Origin: Anaeramoeba ignava BMAN
Lineage: Eukaryota; Protista; Anaeramoebae
Assembly (NCBI GenBank): GCA_028826165.1
Contig: JAPDFW010000118.1
Span: forward strand, 1 to 64,000
Length of the DNA: 64,000 nt
Direction of reading: 5' to 3'
The notes under the pieces are model-generated. The model did no database searches and was not told the DNA's origin. It was given only the letters and a program-made list of their open reading frames with translations. Positions 27,007 to 38,731 of the stretch are shown one piece after another. Position numbers and translations under genes: made by a program. Each line of letters begins with the position of its first letter. The first letter of the stretch is position 1.

Positions 27007-30000
27007 ATGAAGAAAACTTGCTCAAATTATTGGAAAAGAATTAAAAAATTGATTGGGAAACCAAAATTTTTAGATTTTATTGGAGATGATGTTATTTGGC
27101 GGATATACACAATTATCTTTCTTTCAACTTTTTTCATTTTTACTTTTGGGATAGCAATTCGATATTTACTTGAAGGAACAAAAATAAAAGAAGATGAAAT
27201 TGAAATCAAGTAAAGAAATGTTTATTTTTAAATTAAATTTTTTGAAATATTGAATTAATTTTTTTTTAGTTTAGATTTTTATAAATTTCCAAATAAAACA
27301 ATTTTATTTTATGGAGAACCTTTTAATGCAGAAGTAAATATTGAAAAAAAATGAATGAAAATTTTATAATTTTGCTTTTCTTTCTAATTTTAGTTAAGAG
27401 TATCAAGAAAATATAAATATGATGGAATAAAAAATTGCCAAGTTACAGTTAATGCTTCTTCTTTAAATTATTCACAAATGAATGAATTGACATCAGATCT
27501 TTCATTAGAACAAATAAATATTGAAAGAATCAATTCACTTATAGTTGCTGGTGATACAATTCAATATTCAGATTCTGATGGTTTTGCTACTTTTTCAAAT
27601 CTCTCAATCATTTCAGGTTCATCTCAAACAGTTCAATTAAATTTTTATGCTAAATGTTCATGGGAAAGTGCTTGGAAGCCTTTGGGTCCTTGTATTTATT
27701 CAACTATTTTTAATCTCAAATCCTTTTTTTAATTTTGGATCTTGATTTTTTTTTTGTAAATTAGCTTCTTTTGTGAATTTTTCAATAGAACCTCAATTTG
27801 CTCAAACTTCTTTTCCTCTTTCTCTTAAATCAAAAAGTATTTTCCATTTTTGCCCACAAAATACATAATCATTTTCATCAAATTTTTTTGATTTTTTTTG
27901 GATAGTTTCTTGTTTTAAACTTAATGGTTATTCAGAAATCAATCAATCGTTGGGAAATGGTCAACAATATGATATGAATTTTACTGTTTATATGAATCAA
28001 GATGTTCCTCAATATCTTAAAAATGTATCAATTTCTCTTGTAACAGGAATAAGAGATTGGAATTATCCTGAATATGATAGTTCGAGTAAATTCAAATAAA
28101 TCAATTCAATCAGAAAAACAAAAACAATCAATTGATTGATTGAATATTTGATTTTTGTTTTCTTGGTTTGATAGTTTATTATGAAACAATTTCCCAATTT
28201 TTGGATGATCAAGGATTTTATCATTTGCAAGTAAATTTTTTAGGATCCACTTTTCCATATATGTTAATGACTGCTTATATTGAAGGGACTAGACTTTGTT
28301 ATTATTCTGGTGATAAAATATCAAATCGAAAAGGAAAAATATACATGTTTTTCCCTTCAACAAGTTTGATTTTTAATTTTGAATTTTGAATTTTGAATTT
28401 TGAATTAAATCATTTTTATTTTGTATAAAAAATTAGTTAAAGGGATCCAAATTATTGAAAATGGATCAATTAGTGTGAAAGAAGGAGAACCATTTGATAA
28501 GCCTTGGAAAATATTACTCACAAATAATTCTACTCAATCAGTTTATAATGCACCAGTTTTTGCTAAGATTTCAAAGCAATGCAATATTTCTGTTTCGGAA
28601 AATCAAGACCAATTAGAATATTCAAAAGAACTTTTAAATGCAGTAGAATTAACCAATGAAAATGGGATGTAAATGTTTTATTGAATGAATTTTTTATTGG
28701 TTTCATTTTATTGAACGAATTTTTTATCCAATTTTTAGAGCAACTTTTTCAGATTTGAAATTTTCAGTTTCAGGATTTACAAGAAGTGATTGTAGTTTCC
28801 AAATTAAATTTGTTTCAGATTATTATGTTGTTGAAACGACAGATATTCAAGTCAATTCCTCAGTTTCAGATATTATTTGGATGCAAAATATGTCAAAACT
28901 TTATATCGATTACATTTCACTTGAAGGAATGGTTTCTGTCCCAATCCAAAGTGATTTGTGGCCAATGATTAAAGTTATAGACGAAAATCAAAAAGGAATT
29001 GCTAATAAATTAGTAGAATTTGAAATTTCCAATTTTACATTTCAACCCTATCAATTTACAACAGATCAAAATGGATTTTGCTCAATTTATTTAAATTTCC
29101 CTTTAACTCTTCCTAAAGAAAATTTCACAACCCAAACTTACAAAGTAAAAGTTGATGATTTTGAAAATAATTATAATCCAAATGTGAATATATCGCACAA
29201 CGACTTGATTGCATTTCCATCTGCAATCAATATTTCAAATTGGAATGCAAATATTAACGCAGGAGATTTATTAAATTTGAATATTTCAATTCTTGATTTT
29301 TTTGGCGAAGTGATTGAAAATCAAACATTTTATTTATCGTGGTATATTTCGCCATCAGATTTGCCAATGGCTTTTGCAACTCTTCCTCTTGATGGATATC
29401 AAGTAATCAATTCAACTGAAATAATTTCAACAAGAATATTTGGAATTGAAATGAGAACTCAATTATGCTTTATAGTATCAACTTATTACCCTTTATCATT
29501 GGAGAATTTTCAATCACAACAATGCTATGATTTCAATTTATTAAACAAAGTCGAATATGTTAGTCTTAGCAGTTATCCTATTGATGACTTGATTCCATGC
29601 CAACCTTTTGGATCAGAATCAATTATAGTTGAAGTATTTGGGAATTTTAGTGGAATAAGTTCATTACTTGTTCAAGTTTCTGTTGTAAATGCACTGTTCG
29701 ATCCATATGGAGATTTACTTGGAGAAAATGATAGTTATCGAATAAGAAACTACACAAATGTTTTATATCAAGAAGAATGTGCTATTATTGAATATGAAGG
29801 AGGATATTGTATAATTATAATTATAATTATAATTTTTAATTTTTAATTTCAATTCAACTTATGACTTGTTTTTGGAAATTAGATTTGAATTTGACTGATT
29901 TTACAATTAATGATATCATGGAGTATTATCCTTTTATTATTGATGACCAAATAGTTTGGTATCAACACAATCCTTTTGAAGTGCAAGTTTTTGTCAATGG

Positions 30001-33000
30001 AATTCCTTCAGCAGATACCTTTTTTGCCTTTTTAGCGTTTCCAAAAGTGAATTTTTTGATGGGTTTGTCTTGGAACACATCTCTTCCTTTTCTTTCTGGA
30101 GTAAATGGAATTTGGAATCAACCAGAAGTGTATCTTGTTGATCAAAATTACTACCCACTTGAAGGATATTATATATATGCAGGAATTGATAAAGATTCAG
30201 AACATAATACTGTTGGCGCTCTTTTTGACGATTTTTCAAGGATTAGCTATTGGGTTCGAAGTAAAACAAGAACCGATGAAAATGGATTAGCTACTTGGAA
30301 TATGAGCCTTTTTTTTATTAATTCCACAACTGAAGTCAATTGTGTTTTTGCAATTTACAATTATGACCAATGGATGGGCTATTCAGTTTCAATTAATATT
30401 TCACAAGAAAATGTGAATATCCAATCATTTAATCTTCCTACTGATCTTGCAGTCGATACTTCTTTGTTATATTACCCAGTTATATATGCATTTAATGACT
30501 CGGGATTTTCTTTACCAAATAAATATGTGATCATATTATTATCTGAAAATTATGCAGCGAATTATTCATTTTTGGGATATTCAACAACAGACAATAAGGG
30601 ATTATCAGAAATGGCAATTTGGCTTGAACCATCAAATCCAGATCTTGATACAGAATATTTCAAGTTCCAATGTGATTCGATTTTCACAGATACTTATTCC
30701 CTTGTAATTCAGAAACGACCTACTCATCTTACACTGAATAATTTTTCCTCAACAGGATTTGGAATCGGATATCCATTTCCGTTGATAAATATGAGTAATA
30801 CTTTCAGTTCTCTTCGGAGTAATTCCAAGTTTGTGATTGGTTCTATCATTTCATCTTTATACACTTATGACATCCCAATTGCAGGTAAAATCATTTCTGT
30901 GGAAATTGAAGAAAATCCAGGAAATGGGAAATTGGATCCTTTAACAACAATGGCAATCACTAATGATTATGGACAAGCAATTTTCAATCTAAGAATGGAA
31001 TCAGGAAAAACTGGGAATTATTCATTCAAATTCACTTATGATAATGATATACATGTTTCAACGAATCTCATCAAAATTAAGAATCCAATTAACAGTGTAG
31101 CAGTAGAATATTTTGATTTTCCAAAAGAACTTAAAATTGGAGATAAATTTTCAGCTAAAATTATTGTTGATTTTGAAGAAAATATTAATCCAAATTCAAA
31201 TTTTGAAATTCAAATCATTACTCAATGCTCTCAAGCTTCTGCCATTGGTGATGTTCTTACTACAAACCCAAGTGGGGTGATTTATTTACACAATTTAAAA
31301 TTTGATTCACTTTCTGGAGAATCAAAATGTTTAGAAGAAGATGAAAAAGATGAAAAAGTAAAAGCACAAATCGGGTTTTCTATTTTAGGAATTGAATCTG
31401 AATATCATACTTTTAAAATTATTTCCCCTGATAAAGTTGTTTTTACGAAAGCAATTAGTTCACTCAAGAGTAGTTTCATGTTTTGGGTTATTAGTTTTTT
31501 GCTTATCTTCCCTTTCATGCTAAATTCTCTCAATAATCATAGTTGGTTCACTTTTTTGATGGTTTTAGCATTGATTTGTGTTTTTGCAGTTTTTCTTCCT
31601 CGATTAATTCCAAAATCTGACAATTTGAAATCACCGCAATTTGCTGCTTTATCAATTCTTGAAGGAATTTTAACTGCTTTCTTTTTTATTGTTTTGGTTC
31701 TTATTTTTGTATTCTTTATTCCACAAACACAGAAATATTTCGAGAATTCAATTTTCATTCACCAAAGATTATCTTCTTATTTGAGTTTATTTAAACGATT
31801 ACTTCCTATTGGTGGAAAAGTATTTTTAAAAAGGAAAAAATATGAAAAAATTCTTAATCAAGAAAATATCAATTCTGAAAATAATGATTTGGAATCTGAT
31901 AATATAAATATCAATTCAAATTCAAATTCAAATTCAAATTCAGAATGTGAAAATATAAATATAAATAAAGAAAAAAAGTATACTGAAATACCAAATAATT
32001 CTGAAAATGATGAGAAAATGAACAAACAAAAAACGAAATTATCAAAACAAGAAATTGAAAACATTCTTTCAAATCCAACAAAAAAATCATCACAGAAGAA
32101 AAAACAAAAACAAAAACAAAAACAAAAACAAAAAGGAAAATCTTCTTTTTCTTGTTCAAAATTTTGTAATTGGATGAAAAAATTATATCATGAATGCATT
32201 CATTGGATCAAATCAAAATTTATTGATGAAGAAGATAATCCACATCAAGAATACGAAAAATATTCAGATTTTTTTTATCCACAAAGATTAATTGCAGCTT
32301 TTTGGCTTTGGATTCTTTTATCTGCTTTAGTTATTTTACTTTTGACAAGATTAATTCAAAAAGCAACTTTCATGGTCATCTTTTCCAGACAAGAAATAAT
32401 TGGTGAAGTTCAAAAAAATAACTGTTTCAAAGATAAACCAAGTTTAAGTGATTATGAAAGTTCGTTTTCAATTCCAGGAATTTTATTAATGAATGAAATT
32501 AGCCAGAATTGCTCCTTTTCAAATAATCCACTTGATAGTTCTTTTTCGAATTATATTTATTCCTTTTCAAGATATGAAGTTGAGGAAATCATGAATGCAA
32601 TATCAGTGACTGCAGGAATCTCAGGATTTGTCGCATTTATTATTCTTGTTCTTCTTTGGAGATCTCTTTTCAAAAAGTATCGAAAAAGAATAATGATTTT
32701 AAGACAAGGAAAAAAACCGTTTCCAGATTTTGAATCAGCCAATCCAGTTAATGTTACCTCATTTACAAACACACAAATTTGGGTTGGTTTGATTTCATTT
32801 GTTTTTCTTTGGATTCTTGTGTTTATCATTTTATTTTTAATTCCTGGGATTTACTGGTTTATTTCAGATAGAGTTCTTACCCGATTTATCGGCATTTCAA
32901 TTTCTATAATTATTGCTTTTATTGTTTATAAAATTGTGTTTGGGATTATTCTTCAAAAAATCGTTGCAAAATATCTAATTAAAAACGGAAAAGTTATCAA

Positions 33001-33604
33001 CCGATCCATTTTCAGTTATTATGAATTTGTTAAGTTTTTTATGACTATTTTCACTGGAGCAACTGCTGCTGTCAAAAAATTCTTGAAAAGAAGCGGCGGT
33101 TTAATTTCTTCCGTTTTTAAACTTGGAGAGAAAAAATCAGTTGATGAATCATATGCTTCAATGCTTTTTATTGATCATGAAACAAATAATCCAATTATTC
33201 GAGTTTTTGCTCATTATTTATCCATTTCCAATTTAGCAAAACAAAGAATTTACAATGAAAATTTCTCTCAAAAATCTGAATCTGTTCAAAAAGAAAATTT
33301 AATTTCTCCTTCAATTATTGAATATGAAGCCATTTATTCTGATTTCGTCCAAATTGAAAAAATTAGAAAAAAATTTCTTCTTCTTCTTACACTTTCTACA
33401 AATCAAAAAATAAGAGATTTAAGGAACAAAATTATTGAAGAAAATAACAAAAGAATTAAATTTTTAGAAGAAAAAGAAGAGCAATTAAGGAAAATGATTG
33501 AAGAAGAAAATCAAAATCAAAATCAAAACAAAAATGAAAATGAAAATGAAATTAATTTGAATAATGAAAATCAATTACAATATCCTTTACTTAATCAAAA
33601 TTAA
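27007..33604 (+). CDS. Large multi-exon membrane protein: N-terminal TM, Ig-like (Big_1-type) repeats, STRA6-like polytopic C-terminal region
   Basis: ORFs 27007, 27478, 28168, 28421, 28755 and 29861 join via GT-AG introns. Repeated T-D/N-x-x-G-x-A-x-F motifs; several hydrophobic segments; MLFIDHETNNPIIRVFAHYL and KKFLLLLTLSTNQKIRDLR resemble the STRA6 C-terminal motifs. Confidence 0.7.
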
Positions 33605-34255
33605 AATTAAAATTAAATTAAAAATTAAAATCAAAATCAAAATTAAAATTAAAATTAAAATTAAAATCAAAATTAAAATTAAAATTAAAATTAAAATTAA
33701 AATCAAAATTAAAATTAAAATTTAAATTAAAATCAAAATTAAAATTAAAATTAAAATTAAATTAAAATCAAAATTAAAATCAAAATCAAAATTAAAATTA
33801 AAATTAAAATTAAAATTAAAATTAAAATTAAAATTAAAATTTAAATTAAAATTAAAATTAAAATTAAAATTAAAATCAAAAATTAAAATCAAAATTAAAA
33901 TTAAAATTAAAATTAAAATTAAAATTAAAATCAAAATTAAAATTAAAATTAAAATTAAAATTAAAATCAAAATTCAAATTAAAATCAAAATTAAAATTAA
34001 AATTTAAATTAAAATCAAAATTAAAATTAAAATTAAAATTAAATTAAAATTAAAATTATAATCAAAATTAAAATTAAAATTAAAATTAAAATTAAAATTA
34101 AAATTAAAATTAAAATTAAAATTAAAATTAAAATTAAAATTTAAAATTTAAATTAAAATTAAAATTAAAATTAAAATAAAATTCGAAATTAAAATAAAAA
34201 TTAAAATAAAAATTAAAATTAAAATTAAAATTAAAATTAAAATTAAAATTAAAAA
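33602..34255. repeat. (AAAATT)n hexamer array; similar arrays at 24545-24720, 26800-26966, 36060-36545 and 38262-38670
   Basis: Directly visible; each begins at the stop codon of the preceding gene. Confidence 0.95.
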
Positions 34256-34256
34256 T

Positions 34257-34293
34257 TCATTTTTCATTTTTTTCATTTTTTTTCTTTTCAAAA
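34257..34293 (+). promoter_or_regulatory. TCATTTT initiator-like motif cluster upstream of the ATG (representative copy)
   Basis: Three TCATTTT copies within ~40 bp of the ATG; the same motif precedes most starts in the window on the coding strand. Confidence 0.55.
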
Positions 34294-36063
34294 ATGAATG
34301 ATTGTTTATTTTTTGGTTCGAATCAATATCCAAAACTTTTAAAAAATAAACCATATAAAATAATAACAAAACCAATTCAATTTAAATTTGAAAATGAAAA
34401 TGAAAATGAAAATGAAAATGAAAATGAAAATGAAAAACAAATTAAAAAAATTTCATCAAGTTTTTCAACAATTTTCCTTTTTAAAAATGGAAAAGCAATA
34501 GAATATTCAAATCCAAATCCTGAAAAAATCCAAATTGAAGAAAATATTCAAAAAGTAACTGTTGGTTTTGGAAATGAAGCTATTTTAACAATAGAAGGAA
34601 ATGTATTTGCCAAAGGATATGATATTAATTCAAAAAATCCAAATGAATTCATCAATATTTCATCATTAATTGAAGATAAAAATGATAGAATAATTCAAGA
34701 TATTGTTTCTGGAAATAGTTCAATTTACTTATTAACTTCAAATCAAAATGCTTATGGAATTGGTTCAAATCAATTTGGTCAACTTGGTTTTGATTCTGAA
34801 ACACTTTATAAAACAGAAAAACCAATTTTAATGATGAAAAATGTTTCTAAAATATTTTCAGGAAATGCTTCACTTCATGTTTTTCTTTTAAATTCAAATC
34901 AAGAATTATTTGGATGTGGAGATAACGAATATGGTCAAATTGGATTAGGAGAATCAAGAAAAGAAATAAAAATCCAAAAATTAGCCAAAATCCAAAATAT
35001 TCCAAAAGGCAAAATAATTGATATTAAATGTGGAGATTCTCATTCAATAATGTTGATTGAAAATGAAAATCAAAATCAAAATCCAAAAAGAAAACTTTAT
35101 TCATGTGGTGCTTATCTATATAATGGACTTGGCAAATATGAAGATACTTATGAATTTACTGAAATCAAATCATCTTTATTTGAAAATGATGATAATATTC
35201 TTGAATTTTCTTGTGGACAATCTCATACTTTGATTTTAACATACAATTCAAAATTGATAGGATTTGGATGGAATTATTATGGTCAATTAGGAAATGGAGA
35301 TACAAAAAATCAATTAATTCCAATTCAAATTAAACTTCCTAAATTAAGATTTAATGAAGATATTTCTAATTATCATATTTCTTGTGGTGATTATAGATCA
35401 TTTCTTTATTATTCTCCTTCTTTTTCCAATCTTGAAGAAGATTTGATAAAACTATTTAGAAGAAAAGAATTTTGTGATATTTCATTTAAAACCAAAAATG
35501 GTTCAATAATCAAAGCTCATAAATTAATATTGAAATATAGATTAAATCAAGATGAAAATGAAATTGAAAAACTTCAAGAAATTATTTCAAAAAAATCAAT
35601 TAAAGAATCTAATCAAATATTTGAAATGATTTATTCAAACAGAATAATAAATCCAAAATTATATTCAGAAATTAAAGAAATTATTAATTTAAATGAAAAA
35701 ATTGAAGAAACAATGAAAAGAATTTATTTAAATGAAAATGAAAAAGATTTTATAATTGAAAGAGAAGAAAAACAATATAAATTTCCAAAATTAATATTAA
35801 TAATGAGAAGTGAATTATATCGAGGAATGTTTTTATCTGTAACAAATGATACTTCTAATAAAGTTACAGATTATAGTGAATTAAGTAATAAATCATTTCA
35901 AATATTTGAATATTGGATTTATTCAAATCAAATTAAAGATGAAATTCAAATTACACAAGAAATAATTGATGAAATTAAAATTGGAATTGATTATTTTCAA
36001 TTAAATCAAACAAATCCAAATTTATTTGATTTATTAATTAACAAATTTAAAAATCAAAATTAA
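34294..36063 (+). CDS. RCC1-repeat + BTB domain protein, copy 3
   Basis: Intact 589-aa ORF, near-identical to copies 1 and 2. Confidence 0.88.
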   Translation: MNDCLFFGSNQYPKLLKNKPYKIITKPIQFKFENENENENENENENEKQIKKISSSFSTIFLFKNGKAIEYSNPNPEKIQIEENIQKVTVGFGNEAILTIEGNVFAKGYDINSKNPNEFINISSLIEDKNDRIIQDIVSGNSSIYLLTSNQNAYGIGSNQFGQLGFDSETLYKTEKPILMMKNVSKIFSGNASLHVFLLNSNQELFGCGDNEYGQIGLGESRKEIKIQKLAKIQNIPKGKIIDIKCGDSHSIMLIENENQNQNPKRKLYSCGAYLYNGLGKYEDTYEFTEIKSSLFENDDNILEFSCGQSHTLILTYNSKLIGFGWNYYGQLGNGDTKNQLIPIQIKLPKLRFNEDISNYHISCGDYRSFLYYSPSFSNLEEDLIKLFRRKEFCDISFKTKNGSIIKAHKLILKYRLNQDENEIEKLQEIISKKSIKESNQIFEMIYSNRIINPKLYSEIKEIINLNEKIEETMKRIYLNENEKDFIIEREEKQYKFPKLILIMRSELYRGMFLSVTNDTSNKVTDYSELSNKSFQIFEYWIYSNQIKDEIQITQEIIDEIKIGIDYFQLNQTNPNLFDLLINKFKNQN

Positions 36064-36543
36064 AATTAAAATTAAAATTAAAATTAAAATTTAATAAATT
36101 AAAATTAAAATTAAAATTAAAATTAAAATTAAAATTAAAATTAAAATTAAAATTAAAATTAAAATTAAAATTAAAATTAAATTAAATTCAAAATTAAAAT
36201 TTAAAATCAAATTTTAAAATTAAAATTAAAATCAAAATTAAAATTAAAATTAAAATTAAAATTAAAATTAAAATTAAAATTAAAATTAAAATTAAAATTA
36301 AAATTAAAATTAAAATCAAAAATTAAAATTAAAATTAAAATTCAAAAAAAATCAAAATTTTTCATTTTTCTTTTTCAAAATAAAATTAAAATTAAAATTA
36401 AAATTAAAAATTAAAATTAAAAATTATCGAAAATAAATTTAAAAAAATTAAAATTAAAATTAAAATTAAAATTAAATTCGAAATTTAAAAATGAAATGAA
36501 AATTAAAATTAAAATTAAAATTAAAATTAAAAATTAAAATTAA

Positions 36544-38265
36544 AATGGGAATGAAACAAATAAAATAGCAAAACCAATTCAATTTAAATTTGAAAATGAA
36601 AATGAAAATGAAAATGAAAATGAAAAACAAATTAAACAAATTGCATCAGGAGGTTTTTCAATAATTTTCCTTTTTAAAAATGGAAAAGCAATAGAATATT
36701 CAAATCCAAATCCTGAAAAAATTCAAATTGAAGAAAATATTCAAAAAGTAACTGTTGGTTTTGGAAATGAAGCTATTTTAACAATAGAAGGAAATGTATT
36801 TGCCAAAGGAGAAGATATTAATTCAAAAAATCCAAATGAATTCATCAATATTTCATCATTAATTGAAGATATAAATGATAGAATAATTCAAGATATTGTT
36901 TCTGGAGATAGTTCAATTTACTTATTAACTTCAAATCAAAATGTTTATGTAATTGGTTCAAATCAATATGGTCAACTTGATTTTGATTCTGAAACACTTG
37001 AAAAAACAGAAAAACCAATTTTAATGATGAAAAATGTTTCTAAAATATTTTCAGGAAATTCTTCAAATCATGTTTTTCTTTTAAATTCAAATCAAGAATT
37101 ATTTGGATGCGGAACTAATCAATTTGGTCAACTTGGATTAGGAGAATCAAGAAAAGAAAAAAAAATCCAAAACTTAACCAAAATCCAAAATATTCCAAAA
37201 GGTAAAATAATTGATATTCAATGTGGATATGATCATTCAATAATGTTGATTGAAAATGAAAATCAAAATCAAAATCCAAAAAGAAAACTTTATTCATGTG
37301 GAAATCATGAATATAATGGACTTGGCAAAAATGATGAAAATACTTGTGAATTTACTGAACTCAAATTATCTTTATTTGAAAATGATGATGATATTCTTGA
37401 TTTTTCTGTTGGAAATGAACATACTTTGATTTTAACATCCAATTCAAAACTGATTGGATTTGGAAATAATAATTTATGTCAATTAGGAAATGGAGATACA
37501 AAAAATCAATTAATTCCAATTCAAATTGAACTTCCTAAATTAAGATTTAATGAAGATATTTCCAATTATCATTTTTCTTGTGGATATTATAAATCATTTC
37601 TTTATTATTCTCCTTCTTTTTCCAATCTTGAAGAAGATTTGATAAATCTATTTAGAAGAAAAGAATTTTGTGATATTTCATTTAAAGCAGAAAATGGAGA
37701 AATAATCAAAGCTCATAAATTAATATTGAAATATAGATTAAATCAAAATCAAAATAAAATTGAAAAACTTCAAGAAATTATTTCAAAAAAATCAATTAAA
37801 GAATCAAATCAAATATTTGAAATGATTTATTCAAACAGAATAATAAATCCAAAATTATATTTTGAAATTAAAGAAATTATAAATTTAAATGAAAAAATTG
37901 AAGAAACAATGAAAAGAATTTATTTAAATGAAAATGAAAATGAAAAAGATTTTATAATTGAAAGAAAAGAAAAGAAATATAAATTTCCTAAATTAATATT
38001 AATAATGAGAAGTGAATTATATCGAGGAATGTTTTTATCTGTAACAAATGATACTTCTAATAAAGTTACAGATTATAGTGAATTAAGTAATAAATCATTT
38101 CAAATATTTGAATATTGGATTTATTCAAATCAAATTAAAAATGGAATTCAAATTACACAACAAATTATTAATGAAATTAAAATTGGAATTGATTATTTCC
38201 AATTAAATGAAACAAATCCAAATTTATTTGATTTATTAATTAAGAAATCTAATAATCAAAATTAA
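36544..38265 (+). CDS. RCC1-repeat + BTB domain protein, copy 4 (start region missing; possible pseudogene)
   Basis: The frame is open from 36544 (NGNETNKIAKPIQFKFENE...) and is homologous to copy 3, but has no MNDCLFFGS start. The first in-frame ATG is at 37024. Confidence 0.75.
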   Translation, partial: NGNETNKIAKPIQFKFENENENENENEKQIKQIASGGFSIIFLFKNGKAIEYSNPNPEKIQIEENIQKVTVGFGNEAILTIEGNVFAKGEDINSKNPNEFINISSLIEDINDRIIQDIVSGDSSIYLLTSNQNVYVIGSNQYGQLDFDSETLEKTEKPILMMKNVSKIFSGNSSNHVFLLNSNQELFGCGTNQFGQLGLGESRKEKKIQNLTKIQNIPKGKIIDIQCGYDHSIMLIENENQNQNPKRKLYSCGNHEYNGLGKNDENTCEFTELKLSLFENDDDILDFSVGNEHTLILTSNSKLIGFGNNNLCQLGNGDTKNQLIPIQIELPKLRFNEDISNYHFSCGYYKSFLYYSPSFSNLEEDLINLFRRKEFCDISFKAENGEIIKAHKLILKYRLNQNQNKIEKLQEIISKKSIKESNQIFEMIYSNRIINPKLYFEIKEIINLNEKIEETMKRIYLNENENEKDFIIERKEKKYKFPKLILIMRSELYRGMFLSVTNDTSNKVTDYSELSNKSFQIFEYWIYSNQIKNGIQITQQIINEIKIGIDYFQLNETNPNLFDLLIKKSNNQN

Positions 38266-38731
38266 AATTAAAATCAAAATTAAAATCAAAATTAAAATTC
38301 AAAATTAAAATTAAAATTAAAATTAAAATTAAATTAAAAATTAAAATTAAAATTAAAATTAAAATTAAAATTAAAATTAAAATTAAAATTAAAATTAAAA
38401 TTAAAATTAAAATCAAAATCAAAATCAAAATTAAAATTAAAATTAAAATTAAAATTAAAATTTAAAATTAAAATTAAAATTAAAATTAAAATTAAAATTA
38501 AAATTAAAATTAAAATTAAAATTAAAATTAAAATTAAAATTAAAAATCAAAAAATTAAAATTAAAATTAAAATTAAAATTAAAATTAAAATTAAAATCAA
38601 AATAAAATTAAAATTAAAATTAAAATTAAAATTAAAATTAAAATTAAAATTAAAATTAAAATTAAAATTAAAAAAAATGTTCCGAATTCTTAAAAAAAAA
38701 TATTTTTTTTGTTCTTCTTTTTTGTTCCAAA

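Noticed and set aside
3-33604. Inteins in the large ORFs
   Set aside because: No intein N-terminal block, HN-C/S/T junction in a plausible context or LAGLIDADG motif was seen by eye.
33602-34255. Telomeric repeats
   Set aside because: (AAAATT)n is interstitial, occurs in both orientations throughout the window and has no G-rich strand.
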